Below are positions 61,878 through 64,000 of a stretch of 64,000 nucleotides of DNA, piece after piece. The notes beneath the pieces were generated by a model, which searched no databases, had not been told where the DNA came from, and saw only the letters and a list, made by a program, of their open reading frames with translations. How positions within the stretch are numbered: the stretch's first letter is position 1; the number at the start of each line of letters is the position of its first letter. Both the position numbers and the translations under genes were made by a program. The stretch is from assembly GCA_964016885.1 (NCBI GenBank), contig OZ024740.1, positions 164,300,001 to 164,364,000 of the forward strand. The letters are read 5' to 3'. Source of the stretch: Eledone cirrhosa (lineage: Eukaryota).

Positions 61878-62700
61878 TGTATGTATGTATGTATGTATGT
61901 ATGTATGTATGTATGTATGTATGTATGTATGTATGTATGTATGCATGTATGTATGTATGCATGTATGTATGTGTGTGTCTATCTGTGTAAGTATGTATAT
62001 ATGTAAGTACGTGCGTATGTATGTATGTATGTATGTGTGTATCTGTGTATGTATGTATGTATGTATGTATATGTGTGTGTGTTATCTGTGTATGTATGTA
62101 CGTATGTATGTAAGTACGTATGTATGTATGTATCTGTGTGTGTATATATATGTATATATGTGTGTATGTATGTGTCTATGTATGTGTGGATGTATGTATG
62201 TGTGTATGTATGTATGTATGTGTGTATGTATGAATATGTATGTACGTATGTATGTGTCTATGTATGTATGTGTGGATGTATGTATGTGTGTGCGGATGTA
62301 TATGTATGGGTCTTTCTATGTATGCATTTATGTACGTGTGAATATGTGTATGTACGTATGTATGTATGTATGTATGTTTATATATATGTATGTGTGCATG
62401 TATGTATGTATGTATGTATGTATGTATGTATGTATGTATGTATGTATGTATGTATGTATGTATGTGTATATGCATGTATGTATAAACATCTATGCATGAA
62501 TGAAACTTTGTATGTATGTGTGTATGTATCTATGTATGTATTTATGTATGTATGTGTGTATATATGTATGCTAATAAGTGTATACATGTATCTATGTATG
62601 TACGTATGAATGCATGAATGTATGCAATCATGTATGTATGCCTTCTGCGTATGTATGTCTGCATGCATGCGCATATTTATGTGTTTATGTATGTGTGTGT
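61848..62700. repeat. Degenerate (TATG)n tract
   Basis: Direct reading of the sequence. Confidence 0.95.
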
Positions 62701-62831
62701 ATAATTTTACAAATAAATACATTCACAAACACGTATATCCGTTCACAGATATGCTCGCACATACACACACTCTTAAATATACATATTCATATATATTTAC
62801 ACTCGTACCTTCCAACTCATCTACTTATCTG

Positions 62832-62924
<93 letters not shown>

Positions 62925-63488
62925 ATACACATATCTATGTGTGGCTGTGTGTTTGTGCATTTATAATAGAAAGTGAAAGACAAATAAAGAGATAACAGTG
63001 AGAGGAGAGAGAAAGAAAGAGATTCTGTAAAAGCCGTGTATATATGAATGCATGTATGTATGTTAAGGCATATGTATTTAAGTATTATAAATGTACAAAA
63101 TATGTATTCAGGTTTTCGCTTTTGGCAAATTATCTATTCTAGCAGAAATACCGTTCCAATATTACATCCGTTAGGCAGCGCGAAAAACCTGTTGATATAT
63201 CATATAGGAGGTGATACAATTCACCAATCATCTGTTACACTTTTGACACGGCTAACAGATCAATCTTCCACCATCTTGGCCAAATGGAATAAATATGAAA
63301 AATTGAATGCTTCGTTCGGACATGGAACGTAAAGAAAGATTTTTCTCTTAATGTCACTGTCTTCATTTAATCAAATCGAAATTCTTCCAAAATCAACATG
63401 ACAAATGTATTAAGTTGATGATTCATCGTTCGAATTTCTACGTTTCTTTATTTTTAAATTACTCCTCCTCCCCCTCCTCCTCCTCATC

Positions 63489-63529
<41 letters not shown>

Positions 63530-63576
<47 letters not shown>

Positions 63577-64000
63577 TTTCGTTTATTGGCCACAAGGGCC
63601 GACATATACGGGACAATACAAAAGACTGGGACAGTGGGGTTTTACAGAAAAATCGAGTAAACAATATGAATAACAATAACAAAGTAACAATATAAAGTAA
63701 CCATAAAGTAACAAGAAAATTACAAGAAAAAATTCCCCAATAGGGGGGATGACCACCCAGGGTTCGCTCAGGTACCCCATCAATCCTGAACGACCCGACC
63801 CTTCGAGAACACCCTGGAAGGGCACCCCTCTCCTTCTCAAATTTACCCACCTACAGCCGCATGACCAGAGTAGGCCCATTCACACGGGCCATTCTCGCCA
63901 CATTCACCCATCTTTCAGCAAATGTACTGGGGCGGGGGAGCACTTCTCTATCCACCCTCACCTTTCTTTCCAAGTGAAACTTGAAAAAGTTGATGAGGGA
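63530..64000 (-). mobile_element. 3' end of an L1/Tx1-like LINE (runs off window)
   Basis: Minus: LINFFKFHLERKVRVDREVL..STFAERW is a Tx1/L1-like C-terminus. A structured 3' UTR, AATAAA and an (ATT)n tail follow. Confidence 0.6.

Overview
AT-rich, extremely microsatellite-dense eukaryotic (animal) DNA with one 200-N assembly gap (13610-13809). The repeat spectrum ((TA)n/(CA)n/(TATG)n, tRNA-derived SINEs, RTE LINEs) suggests an octopus/coleoid cephalopod; this is inference. No intact host gene is provable. There is one good candidate first coding exon (MGGLICRIWR|GTGAGT at 49923). Nearly all listed ORFs are simple-repeat artefacts. Recognisable mobile DNA: a TIR/TSD-bounded hAT transposon with a frameshifted transposase, a mariner relic, a 2-kb non-coding LTR element with a tRNA-Trp primer site, a non-autonomous Helitron, RTE, CR1-like, RLE-type and L1/Tx1-like LINE fragments, two SINE families, MITEs, and a Penelope-like (GIY-YIG) fragment. 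The most striking signal is more than a dozen minimal type I hammerhead-ribozyme motifs from several sequence families. Several carry the compensatory U3-A8 core and palindromic stem III. They sit in short (TA)n-flanked cassettes that are often arranged as fold-back inverted repeats. This is consistent with a large population of Penelope-mobilised, ribozyme-bearing non-autonomous elements associated with TA microsatellites.
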